Shown here one piece after another: positions 1 to 10,705 of a stretch of DNA of 22,027 bases. The notes beneath the pieces are model-generated. The model made no database searches and was not told the DNA's origin. It saw only the letters and a program-made list of their open reading frames with translations. The stretch comes from Malacoraja senta (taxonomy: Eukaryota): the NCBI GenBank assembly GCA_038087875.1, contig CM076002.1, positions 620,001 through 642,027 on the forward strand, in the 5' to 3' direction. Positions within the stretch are counted from its first letter, which is position 1. Each line of letters starts with the position of its first letter. The translations under genes were made by a program, and so were the position numbers.

Positions 1-233
1 TTGCCTGCCTCCAGTGGTATTGGAGTGACCACCTCCCTGTAACTCCTCTCAATGACTTCCTCGCTCTCCCTGACCAGACGGAGGTCATCGAGCTGCTGCT
101 CCAGGTTCCTAATACGGTCCATTATGAGCCGCATCTCGATACACCTGGCGCAGATGTGGACGTCTGGAGGGCTATCAGACTCCATGACTTCCCTCATCTG
201 ACATCCAGAACAGTAAACTGCCCTGGCCCTCAT
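1..233 (-). CDS. CR1 ORF1 N-terminus (CxxC...CxxC zinc finger plus leucine zipper), partial
   Basis: Manual translation from ATG 233: MRARAVYCSGCQMREVMESDSPPDVHICARCIEMRLIMDRIRNLEQQLDDLRLVRESEEVIERSYREVVTPIPLEAG, open to the window edge. Not in the ORF track because it has no stop. Confidence 0.85.
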   Translation of the reverse strand, partial: MRARAVYCSGCQMREVMESDSPPDVHICARCIEMRLIMDRIRNLEQQLDDLRLVRESEEVIERSYREVVTPIPLEAG

Positions 234-250
234 ACTCCCCTTACCCTGGA

Positions 251-479
251 TAGAATACAAAACAAACTGCTAGAATACAAAACAAACTGCTAGAATACAA
301 AACAAACTGCTAGAATACAAAACAAACTGCCAGAATACAAAACAAACTGCTAGAATACAAAACAAACTGCTAGAATACAAAACAAACTGCTAGAATACAA
401 AACAAACTGCTAGAATACAAAACAAACTGCTAGAATACAAAACAAACTGCTAGAATACAAAACAAACTGCTAGAATACA
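251..479. repeat. 20-bp minisatellite (TAGAATACAAAACAAACTGC) x ~11.5
   Basis: Eleven full units 251-470 plus a partial unit; one T>C variant at 331. Confidence 0.98.
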
Positions 480-601
480 GTACAATCAGCAGGGATCTGA
501 CTCCCAATCAGCTGCTCCCTCTTGTCTGCGTCCACCAATCAGCGGCTTCCTCAAACCCACTTGTTTTTGAAGTGGAACTTGGAACGTTACAGATTTCGGT
601 T

Positions 602-856
602 CAAGCCCCGCGCTCCTCTTTATCTCCTACTGCTCGGGTGTAGCTCCTCCCTCTGCGATCTCTCCAACGGCTCTCGGGCCTCTGTAAGGAACAAGCCCCG
701 CGCTCCTCTTTATCTCCTACCGCTCGGGTGTAGCTCCACCCTCTGCGATCTCTCCAACGGCTCTCGGGCCTCTGTAAGGAACAAGCCCCGCGCTCCTCTT
801 TATCTCCTACCGCTCGGGTGTAGCTCCTCCCTCTGCGATCTCTCCAACGGCTCTCG
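602..856. repeat. 90-bp GC-rich tandem repeat x ~2.8
   Basis: Near-identical units start at 602, 692 and 782 (CAAGCCCCGCGCTCCTCTTTATC...CTGTAAGGAA); the third is cut at 856. Confidence 0.97.
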
Positions 857-2512
857 AGAGGCCTTTAGACTCTGGTCAGGGGCAGGTAGGCCTAGACAGG
901 GGGTATTGCTGGATATGAAAAAACGCACAAATGCTAGAGTTAAGTATGCACTTCGTTTTATTAAGAAAAATGAAAACACAATGAGAGCAGACTCGCTTGC
1001 CAGGAAGCTACAGAATAACAACCTTACTAACTTCTGGAAAGAGGTCAAAGTTAAAAGTAACCCAGTTAGAATCAATCATGAACATATAGATCTCTCTGTA
1101 GATATGGTAGTTAGTGCAGCAGATGTCTATGATGCCATTAACATGTTGGATAACAACAAAGCCTGCGGTATGGACTGCATTACTGCAGAACATCTAAAAT
1201 ATGCCAGCTATAAGCTCTGCCCTTTGCTTGCCATGTGCTTTAATGGTTGTCTGGTTCATGGTGTCCTGCCAAATGCTATTATGTCTGTAATGTTAGTGCC
1301 TGTGCTTAAAGATAAGGCTGGTAAGCTCAACAGTATTGATAATTACCGACCTATTGCATTAGCCAGTATCTTATCTAAAGTACTGGAGAGAATACTGTTG
1401 ACAAAGCTAGAAATGTATGTCCTTACTACTGACAATCAGTTTGGGTTCAAAAGAAAACATGGAACTGACCTGTGTATCTATGCTCTTAAAGAGATTGTGT
1501 TCAGGTACACAAGCCTGAATTCATCTGTATTTCTATGTTTTATTGATGCGTCCAAGGCATTTGATAGAATTAATCATGAACAATTGTTTGTAAAATTGCT
1601 AGATAGAGGTGCCCCTAAATTCTTAGTGAGAATTTTATTGTTTTGGTATGCCCATCAAACGTTTCAGGTTAAATGGGACAATGTTGTATCTGCTCCATTC
1701 TGTGTTAGTAACGGAGTGTGGCAAGGAGGAATTTTGTCTCCTATTTTATTTAATGTTTATATGGATGAATTGTCAAATCAGTTAAATAGGTTAAAAACTG
1801 GCTGTCTTGTGGGCAACACTATTGTTAATCATCTTATGTATGCAGACGACCTGGTCCTGCTCTGTCCATATAGTGTTGGGCTGCAGCAGATGCTGAAGGT
1901 GTGCTCTCAGTATGGCCTTGATTATGACATAAAGTATAACGCTAAGAAAAGCCGCATAATGATAGTTAGAAGCGCTGAGGACAGGAAATCAACTTTTCCG
2001 ACCTTTTATTTGTCAGACAGTCCTCTTGCTGTGTGTGAGGAAATTAAATACCTAGGTCAAATGACATAGCCGATGACTGGACGGATGACAAAGACCTCTA
2101 CCGACAGCGCTGTCACATTTATCTTCAAGCTAACATGCTTATAAGGAAGTTTTCTATGTGCTCTGACTCTGTGAAGTGTTCCCTGTTCAGAACCTACATC
2201 ACACCGTTATATACTGCTCAATTGTGGTCTAATTATAAGAAAAAGAGTATGCAGAGGCTCAAGGTAGCATACAATGACGCAATGAGGTTGCTACTTCGTG
2301 TCCCTAGATGGCATAGTGCCAGTCAATTGTTTGTGTCCACTAGAGTGCCAACCTGTGAGGCACTCTTAAGACAGCTGATGTTTAGTTTTATGTGTCGCCT
2401 GGACAAGTCAAAGAACCACATAATTGAAGCCCTAGTCAGCACTCTGAAAAGCTGCTATAGATTCACTTCTAGGCTAAGACGGCATTGGTGCAATAGCTTG
2501 TATATCTTATAG
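855..2512 (+). pseudogene. Reverse transcriptase of the RTE-X-like LINE, frameshifted near 2062
   Basis: Motifs NYRPIAL, NQFGFK, FIDASKAFDRINH, QGGILSP, YADD (1839-1850) and KYLG. The reading continues in another frame (IADDWTDDKDLYRQ...NMLIRKF) to the stop at 2512. Confidence 0.9.
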
Positions 2513-2600
2513 GCTAATATGCAATTTTATATGTATTTTTGTATCTCCTTATACTGTTTGATGTGTTATATGGACTTGTGTCTGAAATAAAGCTTTAATA
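857..2600 (+). mobile_element. RTE-X-like non-LTR retrotransposon, 5'-truncated and decayed
   Basis: LINE-type RT ORF. The pre-RT block WSGAGRPRQG..MKKRTNARVKYALR and C-terminal LKVAYNDAMRLLL..SASQLFV resemble RTE-X. The 3' end reads TATGGACTTGTGTCTGAAATAAAG..AATAAA (2569-2601). Confidence 0.75.
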
Positions 2601-2603
2601 AAT

Positions 2604-2945
2604 CAAGTACACTGGATGCGGTTGGAGGAGGTACACGTGAAACTCTCTAACGTGTAAGGATTGTCCAGGTTCCTGGATGAAGTCGATGGAGGAGGTAGAA
2701 GGACAGGTGTTGCGCCTCCTGCAGTTGCAGGGGAAGGTAATTGGGGAAGTGGTGGTTTTGGTGGGTATGGATGAGTGAACCAAGGAGTTGTGGAGGGCAG
2801 AAAGGGTGGAGATGGAAAGATGTGAGTAGTGGTGGGAAACCTTAGATGACGGAAATGTTGGAGGCTAATGTATTGGATGAGGAGTCTGGGAGGGGGGGGG
2901 GGGGTGAGGACAAGAGGAACTCTGTCCTTTTTGCATCTGCGAGGG
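2604..2945 (-). mobile_element. Degenerate Penelope-like element fragment (RT-to-endonuclease linker)
   Basis: Minus translation VHSSIPTKTTTSPITFPCNCRRRNTCPSTSSIDFIQEPGQSLHV aligns by eye with VNSSLPSHTTPSPRTFPCNRKRCNTCPFTSPLHSIQGPKQSFQV of the element at about 21757-21890. Confidence 0.85.
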
Positions 2946-3546
2946 AAGGACAGCGAACATTGAATTCTCTAATTTATAACTGGAAATTAGTGCACTTTCC
3001 AAGTTTTTAAGCGCTAGTCTTAATCCCCCTACATTACTTAGCTGTATTAGGGCTCGGCATGGAGGTCACTGTGGCTTGATCTTGAGATGTGGATATAAAG
3101 TGGTACTCTGGATCAATCGAGCAATTGGAAGCAGCTGGTTGTGCTCTTGATCTTATCAGGATGTTAAATTGTACCAACAGGGTGATGTTAAGTCTCACGT
3201 CCACTCTAATGGGTTTGTGCCCTTTGGTATACGAATACCATGGTTATATTCTCATCACTTGATAGGTTAAGTTGCGGAGCCGACAGGCATTTGGTATTGC
3301 TACGCCTGTGGTATTCCATAACTGACCGGTTGCATTGTCCATGCCCAGGAGGCTCCGACCCGCACACCTGCGGGGCTGTTGTATTCCTGGTACGCCCTTC
3401 CGGGTTTGTTGCACACCATTCTAAGCATTGCCTGCTGCCAGTATCTCTCGGGGCCGATTGGTCTCATGGAACCTGTTTCGGGATGCAAGCCGGAGTATGC
3501 TTGCCGGGCAAGTTGTGAACTCTTGTAAACTTCGGCGCCCAAGGGT

Positions 3547-4664
3547 TGTGTAAATAAGCAAACTGCACAATCTGGAGTTCAAGATCATCTTTAATCAGTA
3601 CCCATATTATAGCGGTAAAGCAGGTCTTTAGTTGTTAGTTCAACAACAATCAACAATCAGTTTTATTCATCACATTGCACATAAAGTGCAAGTGAAATGA
3701 ATTTGCCAGCAGCGGTACAATGAAAAAGAACACACAAAAACACATCAAAAACTTAACACAAACATCCCCCACAGCATTCACCACTGTGATGGAAGGTACA
3801 AAAATTTGTCCAGTCCTCCGCCATTTTCCCCCGTGGTCGGGACCTCAACCCTCCGCAGCCGTTGCCGCGGGCGTCCAGATGTGCAGACAAGGTAAAAAGT
3901 CCAGGTAAGTCCAGAATCAGGTCTTCCCCACCGGAGTTGGTGTAGGCCACAGGCCAGCAGTCGGAGATATAAATTTTGCACCGCAGCCAGAAGCACCGCA
4001 GACCGCAGGGCCGGCAGCCGAAGCTCCCCTCCAGGGATCCCCGGCGAGGGACCCCGCTCCTGATGGTAAGTCGCCGCCACGACCGCGGTAGAAGTTTGCC
4101 GCGGGCCTGCGGTCGGTGCTCTTCTTCTCCCCGGGTCCTCAACATGAGATCCCGGGCTGTAGACAGCGTGCCAGCTGGAGCTCTGCAGACCGCGGCTTCA
4201 GGCTGCCGCGGGCCAGCAAATGGAGCGCTCACCTCCGGCGAGCTCCGCCGAGGGCTCGCCCGCTCCACGCCGAGAGTCCGCGCTGCGCCCGCAGCAGAAG
4301 CCCCGGGCGCGTCTCCAGGAAAGGCCGCGCCGATCCTTGCTATTAGGACACGGGGGAGGCGACATGGAAAAAGTCGCCTCTCCATGGAGGAGGCGACCAA
4401 AACGGTTTCTCCTTACCCCCCCACACCAACCCCCACACAAGACACACCAAGAAACATTAAAACCATACACTAAAACATACAAAAAAAGTAGAAAAAAACG
4501 GTCACGCTGCTGACAGGGCTGCCGGCTTGCAACGCCCCGCTTCATCGTTACCGCTTCCAAGACTGACCAGTGTAGGAAGTGGGTGTTAGTATGAATCATA
4601 CAGTAAGGTGGGGTTAGTGATGCTATTCTACTATGATTGGTTCACATGCCATAACCAATCTACA
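3547..4664 (-). repeat. Gypsy 3' LTR (~200 bp; pieces 4664-4558 and 3643-3547) split by an insertion
   Basis: On the minus strand a purine-rich tract (ACGGGCAAGGA) is followed by TGTAGATTGG at 4664, about 50 nt after the pol stop. The distal piece has ATTAAA and ends TTATTTACACA at 3547 (TG...CA). No second LTR is in the window to confirm the ends. Confidence 0.65.
3644..4557 (-). mobile_element. Non-coding GC/CpG-rich retroposon (SINE-like or non-autonomous LINE derivative)
   Basis: The minus-strand 3' end has a hairpin (TTGCAC-TTTAT-GTGCAA), AATAAA and an (ATTGTTG)n-type tail. It is flanked by CAA at 3641-3643 and 4558-4560, and has no credible protein in any frame. Confidence 0.65.
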
Positions 4665-4713
4665 TCCTTGCCCGTAAAGAGCGAATATAGTTAAACACAC
4701 ATGCAGCTAGAAT

Positions 4714-5936
4714 TCAAACATACTCGCCATATCTGTCAGGCGGACCACTAATACTGCCCGAACGCATACGGACCAAGCCCTCTTCCCCTTCGCCAGAAAA
4801 GTTAGAGGGAGGCGGTTGAACCCGGAAGTGAGAAAGCAGCAGGGGACACTCGTGATGACCAACAGGGGGAGCATGCGGGAGAGGTAGTGTTGTTGTTAGT
4901 CACGGCCGCCGGTCGTGGTGGAGTAAGGGACATGCTGGAACCAGTGGTGGCCACGGCAGCAGACGGCTGGAACAGTAGAGGTGGAGCGAAGGATCGACTG
5001 GTGGTGGACGTGGTTCCTTCAGAGCCAGCAAGTGTTGGCGGCTCCGATGGTACAAGGCGCCATCGATGTCAACAAGGTAGGATCGGGGTTCTTTTGACGG
5101 GCCAACAACGCAACCTAGATGGGAATGTCCCAAAGTAGTTTGCAAATGGACGACTTGGCCCGGTAGTAGTGGTTTAAGTGGTTTGCTGTGATCGTTTCTG
5201 GATGTCGTGTTTCTCCTGGATGTGCTTCTGGATCGTGGCTGGCTTCAACACCTGTGGCGCCAGCTTCTGCTGGGCAATTGGTATCGGTGGTCTAGTTGTT
5301 CTGGACATCAGGCGTTGGGCCGGTGAGCCCAGGACCCCGTCTCTAGCGATGTTTCTGAGGTTTAAAAGGTCGAGGTACACATCTGACTTGGCTAGGTGGG
5401 CGCGTTCCATCAGTTTTGCGCTTCTGATGGCCCGTTCAGCGAGCCTGCTACTTTGTGACTGGTCCATCGGTTAGCAAAGTGTTTGAAGGCGTGACTGGTA
5501 AATTGTCTTCCGTTGTCGGTTTGCAAGCGGACAGGTGCGCCGAATGTGGAGAAGTGTTTCTGTAGCTTTTGAATGACCACCTCCAATGTGATAGAAGGCA
5601 GTAAATCAAGTTCGAACCAGTTAGAATAGGAGTCGACCTGGACTAGATAATGTTTACCGTGCCACTCGAAAATGTCTGCCGCCAGCGACGGCCAGGGCAG
5701 AGCTGGTGGAGGTTGTTGTAGCAGGGACTGTCTCTGTTGGTGCGGCTCCAGGCTGTTGCAGATGGGGCAAGAGGCTGTCTTGTCCCGTATGTACTTGGCC
5801 ATGCCAGGCCAGTAAAACATATTCTGTGCGTGGGCCAGCATGGCATCGGTGCCTGGGTGGCCGCTGTGTGCCTCTTTGTAGTATTTGTCACGTAGTTAAG
5901 AAGGGATCACGGCTTTGTGGCCCTTAACTATGACAC
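4714..5936 (-). pseudogene. Gypsy integrase, with stops, frameshifts and a core deletion
   Basis: HHCC finger (AHSGHPG...CPIC), catalytic-region motifs ADIFEW/VDSYS, TDNGRQF and LAERA, then SPAQRLMSR, PRSYLV and the C-terminus RSGSISGPPDRYGEYV* (stop 4714-4716). Confidence 0.92.
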
Positions 5937-6034
5937 ATAGAAACATAGAAACATAGAAAATAGGTGCAGGAGTAGGCCATTCGGCCCTTCGAGCCTGCAC
6001 CGCCATTCAATATGATCATGGCTGTTCATCCAAG

Positions 6035-9000
6035 TCAGTATCCCGTACCTGCCTTCTCTCCATACCCCCTGATCCCCTTAGCCACAAAAGCCACATCTAA
6101 CTCCCTCTTAAATATAGCCAATGAACAGGCCTCAACTACCTTCTGTGGCAGAGAATTCTAGAGATTCACCACTCTCTGTGTGAAAAATGTTTTTCTCATC
6201 TCGGTCCTAAAAGACTTCCCCCTTATCGTTAAACTGTGACCCCTTGTTCTGGACTTCCCCAACATCGGGAACAATCTTCCTGCATCTAGCCTATCCAAAC
6301 CCTTAAGAATTTTGTACGTTTTTATAAGACCCCCCCCCCCACCCAATTTTCTAAATTCTAGCGAGTACAAGCCGAGTCTATCCAGTCTTTCTTCATATGA
6401 AAGTCCTGACATCCCAGGAATCAGTCTGGTGAACCTTCTCTGTACTCCCTCTATGGCAAGAATGTCTTTCCTCAGATTCGGAGACCAAAACTGCACGCAA
6501 TACTCCAGGTGTGGTCTCACCAAGACCCTGTACAACTGCAGTAGAACCTCCCTGCTCCTATACTTAAATCCTTTTGCTATGAATGCTAACATACCATTCG
6601 CTTTCTTCACAGCCTGCTGCACCTGCATGCCTACTTCCAATGACTGGTGTACCATGACACCCATGTCTTGTTGCATCTCCCCTTTTCCTAATTTGATTTG
6701 ATTTGATTATACCTTTAATAATCCTTTGCAGGAAATTACAGTGCCACGACAGCTTCAAGACAGACATAACACCACACATTTCCTCAAATAGCTTCCATAC
6801 TTAACAAGTTAAAATACAAGTTAAAATACAAGTTAAAATACAATTAATGAAAAAAAAAGTGCAGTTATTTATGCGCATTATATAACCTTATAGCAGCTGG
6901 TAAACAGGACTTCCTATGTCTCTCAGTTTTGCACATTGGTGCAATCAGTCTCTGACTGAAGATGCTGCTCTTGATCACCTTCAGGGCATGGAGTGGGTGA
7001 GTGGGGTTGGTCATTATAGAACCCAGTTTGTTCAGAGTTCTGGCCTCTGCCACCTGCTGGACCGTTCGTTGCTCAGCCCCGACCACTGAGCCGGCCTTCC
7101 TGATCAGCTTGTCCAGCCTGTTTGTTGTCCGCTATGCAGGCGCCATCTCCCCAACAGGCCACCGCAAAAAAACAGAGCACTGGCCACCACTGAATGGTAG
7201 ACACTGCACAGTAGGGGTTGGCAGATGTTAAATGCCCTCAGCCTCCTTAAAAAATACAGTCGGCTTTGTCCCTTCCTGTACACCGCCTCCATATGACACT
7301 TCCAGTCCAGCTCACTGTCAAGCTGCACACCAAGGTACCTGTGGTTAGCGACCACCTCCACCTCAGTGCCCTTAATGGTGATTGGTGTTGCTTGAGTCCT
7401 CCTCCTCCCCCTCCTGAAGTCCACAACTATCTCCTTGGTTTTTGTGGTGTTAAGAAGGAGGTAATTCTGTGCACTCCACTCGACAAAGTTACTTATTATG
7501 TCTCTATACTCCTCCTCATTGCCCCCTTTAATGAGGCCGACAACAGCTGTGTCATCCGAAAATTTCTGCAAAAAGCAGCTGTTGGTATTATATCGGAGAT
7601 CCGCTGTGTAGATGGTAAACAGGAATGGAGCCAGCACAGTTCCTTGTGGAGCCCCTGTGCTGCTCAAGATGGTGCTTGAGACATTGTTGTTCTATAGGCG
7701 CACGTACTGTGGTCTGAGGGAAAGGTAATCCAAACACCACAGTACCAGTGATGGATCCACTTTAATCGGCCACCATTCAGATAATAGTCTACTTTCCTGT
7801 TTTTGCCACCTAAGTGGATAACCTCAAATTTATCCACATTATACTGCATCTGCCATGCATTTGCCCACTCACCCAACCTATCCAAGTCACCTTGCAACCT
7901 CCCAGCATCCTCCTCACAGCTAATACTGCCCCCCAGCTTTGTGTCATCCGCAAACTTGGAGACGTTGCATTCAATTCCCTCGTCCAAATCATTAATATAT
8001 ATTGTAAATAGCTGGGGTCCCAGCACCGAGCCTTGCGGAACCCCACTAGTCACTGCCTGCCATCCTGAAAAGGACCCGGTTACTCCTACTCTTTGCTTCA
8101 TGTCTACCAGCCAGTTCTCTATCCACATCAATACTGAACCACCAATACAGTGTGCTTTAAGTTTGCATACTAATCTCTTATGTGGCACCTTGGCGAAAGC
8201 CTTCTGAAAGTCCAGATATAACACATCCACTGGTTCTCCCTTATCCACTCTACTAGTTACATCCTCGAAAAATTCTATAAGATTCGTCAGACATGATTTA
8301 CCTTTCATAAATCCATCCTGACTTTGTCCAATAATTTCACCACTTTCCAAATGTGCTGCTCTCCCATCTTTAATAACCGACTCTAGCAGTTTCCCCTCTA
8401 CCGATGTTAGACTAACTGGTCTGTAATTCCCCGTTTTCTCTCTCCCTCCCTTTTTAAAAAGTGGGGTTACATTGGCTACCCTCCAATCCTCAGGAACTAT
8501 TCCAGAATCTAAAGAGTTTTGACAAATTATCACTAATGCATCCACTATTTCTGGGGCTACTTCCTTAAGTACTCTGGGATGCAGCCTATCTGGCCCTGGG
8601 GATTTATCGGCCTTTAATCATTTCAATTTACCTAACACCACTTTCCGGCTAACCTGGATTTCACTCAGTTCCTCCATCTCATTTGACCCCCGGTCCCCTG
8701 CTATTTCCAGCAAATTGTTGTTTTCCTTAGTTTTCCTTAGTGAAGACAGAACCAAAGTAGTTATTCAATTGGTCTGCCATGTCCTTGTTCCACATGATCA
8801 ATTCACCTGTTCCTGACTGCAAGGGACCTACATTTGTTTTAACAAATCTTTTTCTCTTCACATATCTATAAAAACTTTTGTAGAGTTTTTATGTTCCCTG
8901 CCAGTTTTCTTTCATAATCTATTTTCCCTTTCCTAATTAAGCCCTTTGTCCTCCTCTGCTGGACTCTGAATTTCTCCCAGTACTCTGGTAGGCTGCTTTT

Positions 9001-9942
9001 TCTGGCTAATTTGTATGCTTCATCTTTTGTTTTGATACTATCCCTGATTTCCCTTGTTATCCACAGATGCACTTCCTTCCCTGATTTATTCTTTTGCCAA
9101 ACTGGGATGAACAATTGTTGTAGTTCATCCATGCAGTCTTTAAATGCCTTCCATTTCCTATCCACCGTCAACCCTTTAAGAATCATTTGCCAGTCTATCT
9201 TGGCCAATTCACGTCTCATACCCTCAAAGTCACCTTTCTTTAAGTTCAGGACCCTTGTTTCTGAATTAACAATGTCACTCTCCATCCTAATGAAGAACTC
9301 AATCATATTATGGTCACTCTTGCCCAAGGGGCCATGCACAACAAGACTGCTAACTAACCCTTCCTCATTATTCAATACCCAGTCTAGAATAGCATGCTCT
9401 CTCGTTGGTTCCTCTACATGTTGGTTTAGAAAACTATCCCGCATACATTCCAAGAAATCCTCTTCCTCAGCACCCCTGCCAATTTGATTCACCCAATCTA
9501 TATGTAGATTGAAGTCACCCATTATAACTGTTTTAACTTTTCCTTTCTGTCTATCTAATTTCCTGTTTGATGCCATCCCCAACTCCACTACTACTGTTAG
9601 GTGGCCTGTACACACCTCCCACTAGCGTTTTCTGCCCCATAGTGTTTCGCAGCTCTACCCATATCGATTCCACATCCACCAAGCTAATATCCTTCCTTTC
9701 TATTGCGTTAATCTCCTCTCTAACCAGCAATGCTACCCCACCTCCTTTTCCTTTCTGTCTATCCCTCCTGAATATTGAATATCCTTGGATGTTCAGCTCC
9801 CAGCCTTGGTCACCCTGGAGCCATGTCTCCGTGATCCCAACTATATCATGCTCATTAATAACTATCTGTACATTCAACTCATTCACCTTATTACGAATGC
9901 TCCTTGCATTGAGACATAAAGCCTTCAGGCTTGTTTTTACAA
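6035..9942 (-). pseudogene. CR1 ORF2 (APE endonuclease plus RT), frameshifted and interrupted
   Basis: Endonuclease: LNARSI, GITETW, RRDR..GGGVALLV, MGDFN, SDHN. RT: GNYRPVSLTS, YLDFQKAF, SGVPQGSVLGP, FADDTK. C-terminus: VRPHLEYCVQFWSP, RTRGHSL, FFTQRVVNL. Confidence 0.93.
6693..7762 (-). mobile_element. Rex1/Babar-clade LINE, 5'-truncated, nested in the CR1
   Basis: STGAPQGTVLAPFLFTIYT, KFSDDTAVVG, LNTTKTKEIVVDFRR, RLYFLRRL and LPAAIRLYN. The 3' end reads AATTTCCTGCAAAGGATTATTAAAG plus a (TCAAA)3 tail. TAAT is duplicated at 6689-6692 and 7763-7766. Confidence 0.9.
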
Positions 9943-10705
9943 CGTCCTGTATTACCAGTTCATCACGGACTATGAAGAATGGTTGTACCTCCAGCAGTGT
10001 GCTGGATTGCCTGTCTGGCCAGCCTCTCATGATTATGGATGAGAGCAGCTGGAGAGTGCCGTCGGCGGCTGTGTGTTCAGCTAAGCTGAGCAATCATTCC
10101 GTAGGAACAAAGTCAATGCTGTGAACCGTAAACTCGTCCCATTCATAGGGGTGTTGTTCGCTGGATGCCCGTGGTGCGTGAGACAGAGTGTCAGCAACGA
10201 GCATGTCCTTACTCTTTTTGTAAACAATTTTGAAGTCGAATAGCTGGAGCTGCATCATCATACGCTGCAGACGTGCAGGTGCTGCGTGGAGAGGTTTATT
10301 GAGGATGGTCACCAGAGGTTGGTGGTCTGTCTCGACCATGAAAACATTCCCAAAGACAAAGTCCTTGAATATAGAACAAGCGAAGACCACAGCCAGCAGC
10401 TCTTTCTCGATTTACGCATAGCGCTGTTCGGTGTCCGTCATGGTGCAGGAGGCATAAGAGACAGGGCGTAAAGTCCCATCGGCAGATGATTGTAGGCAGG
10501 CGGCGCCGAGCCCGTATCGTGAGGCATCGCAGGTAACTGTGACAGGGCGCGTCAGGTCGAAAAATGTCAAGGTGGGAGCGCTGATCAGCCTAGATTTTAA
10601 AGAATCAAATGCTTGTTTGTGTTGCTGGAACCAGGACCAGGCAGTATCCTTCTGAGTTAGTTGTCTCAGAGGCGAACTCAGTTCACTGAGGTTCGGCATG
10701 AATTT
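9943..10705 (-). pseudogene. Gypsy pol: RT thumb/connection plus RNase H
   Basis: KFMPNLSELSSPLRQL, TCDASRYGLGA, RYA*IEKELLAVVF, ETDHQPL, RLQRM, VADTLS and RDELVIQD, with premature stops. Confidence 0.93.

Larger units (their letters stand above)
1..856 (-). mobile_element. CR1-clade LINE, 5' portion (5' UTR plus start of ORF1), running off the left edge
   Basis: Minus-strand ORF1 start at 233 has the CR1 zinc-finger/leucine-zipper pattern. The upstream 234-856 region holds two tandem arrays and ends abruptly at the RTE-X junction. Assigning the whole leader to this element is inference. Confidence 0.75.
5937..9942 (-). mobile_element. CR1-clade LINE, 5'-truncated near the start of ORF2, inserted in Gypsy pol
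   Basis: (ATAGAAAC)n tail from 5937, a CR1-type 3' UTR, and APE endonuclease plus RT coding sequence. Interrupted by Rex1 at 6693-7762. Confidence 0.95.
3547..10705 (-). mobile_element. Ty3/Gypsy LTR retrotransposon, 3' half only, carrying nested insertions
   Basis: Domain order RT thumb, RNase H, integrase, then purine-rich tract and LTR. Interrupted at 3644-4557 and 5937-9942, and cut at about 10705 by DIRS. Confidence 0.9.

Noticed and set aside
251..479. CRISPR-like array near a reverse transcriptase
   Set aside because: Units are head-to-tail with no unique spacers, there are no cas genes, and the context is eukaryotic LINE DNA.
522..2069. 515-aa novel RT with an N-terminal Cys-repeat domain
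   Set aside because: It starts at TTG. The repeats are the 90-bp array read antisense to the CR1 and joined by chance to a truncated, frameshifted RTE-X RT.
3530..3546. Possible primer-binding site (minus strand TGGGCGCCGAA) after the LTR
   Set aside because: It is offset from the LTR end, matches imperfectly, and follows a 3' LTR where no PBS is expected.
3753..4599. Several overlapping Arg/Pro/Ala-rich ORFs on both strands
   Set aside because: Expected in stop-poor GC-rich DNA; no recognisable domain.
6329..6344. C homopolymer giving a poly-Gly insert (similar G run at 2892-2904)
   Set aside because: Homopolymer slippage or sequencing error inside dead elements.
7664..8545. CR1 RT with an unusual C-terminus (KWIHHWYCG...)
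   Set aside because: Out-of-frame read-through into the Rex1 insertion at 7762.
9551..10093. Fusion of Gypsy pol and APE endonuclease
   Set aside because: Read-through across the CR1 insertion junction at 9942/9943, bounded by stops and frameshifts.
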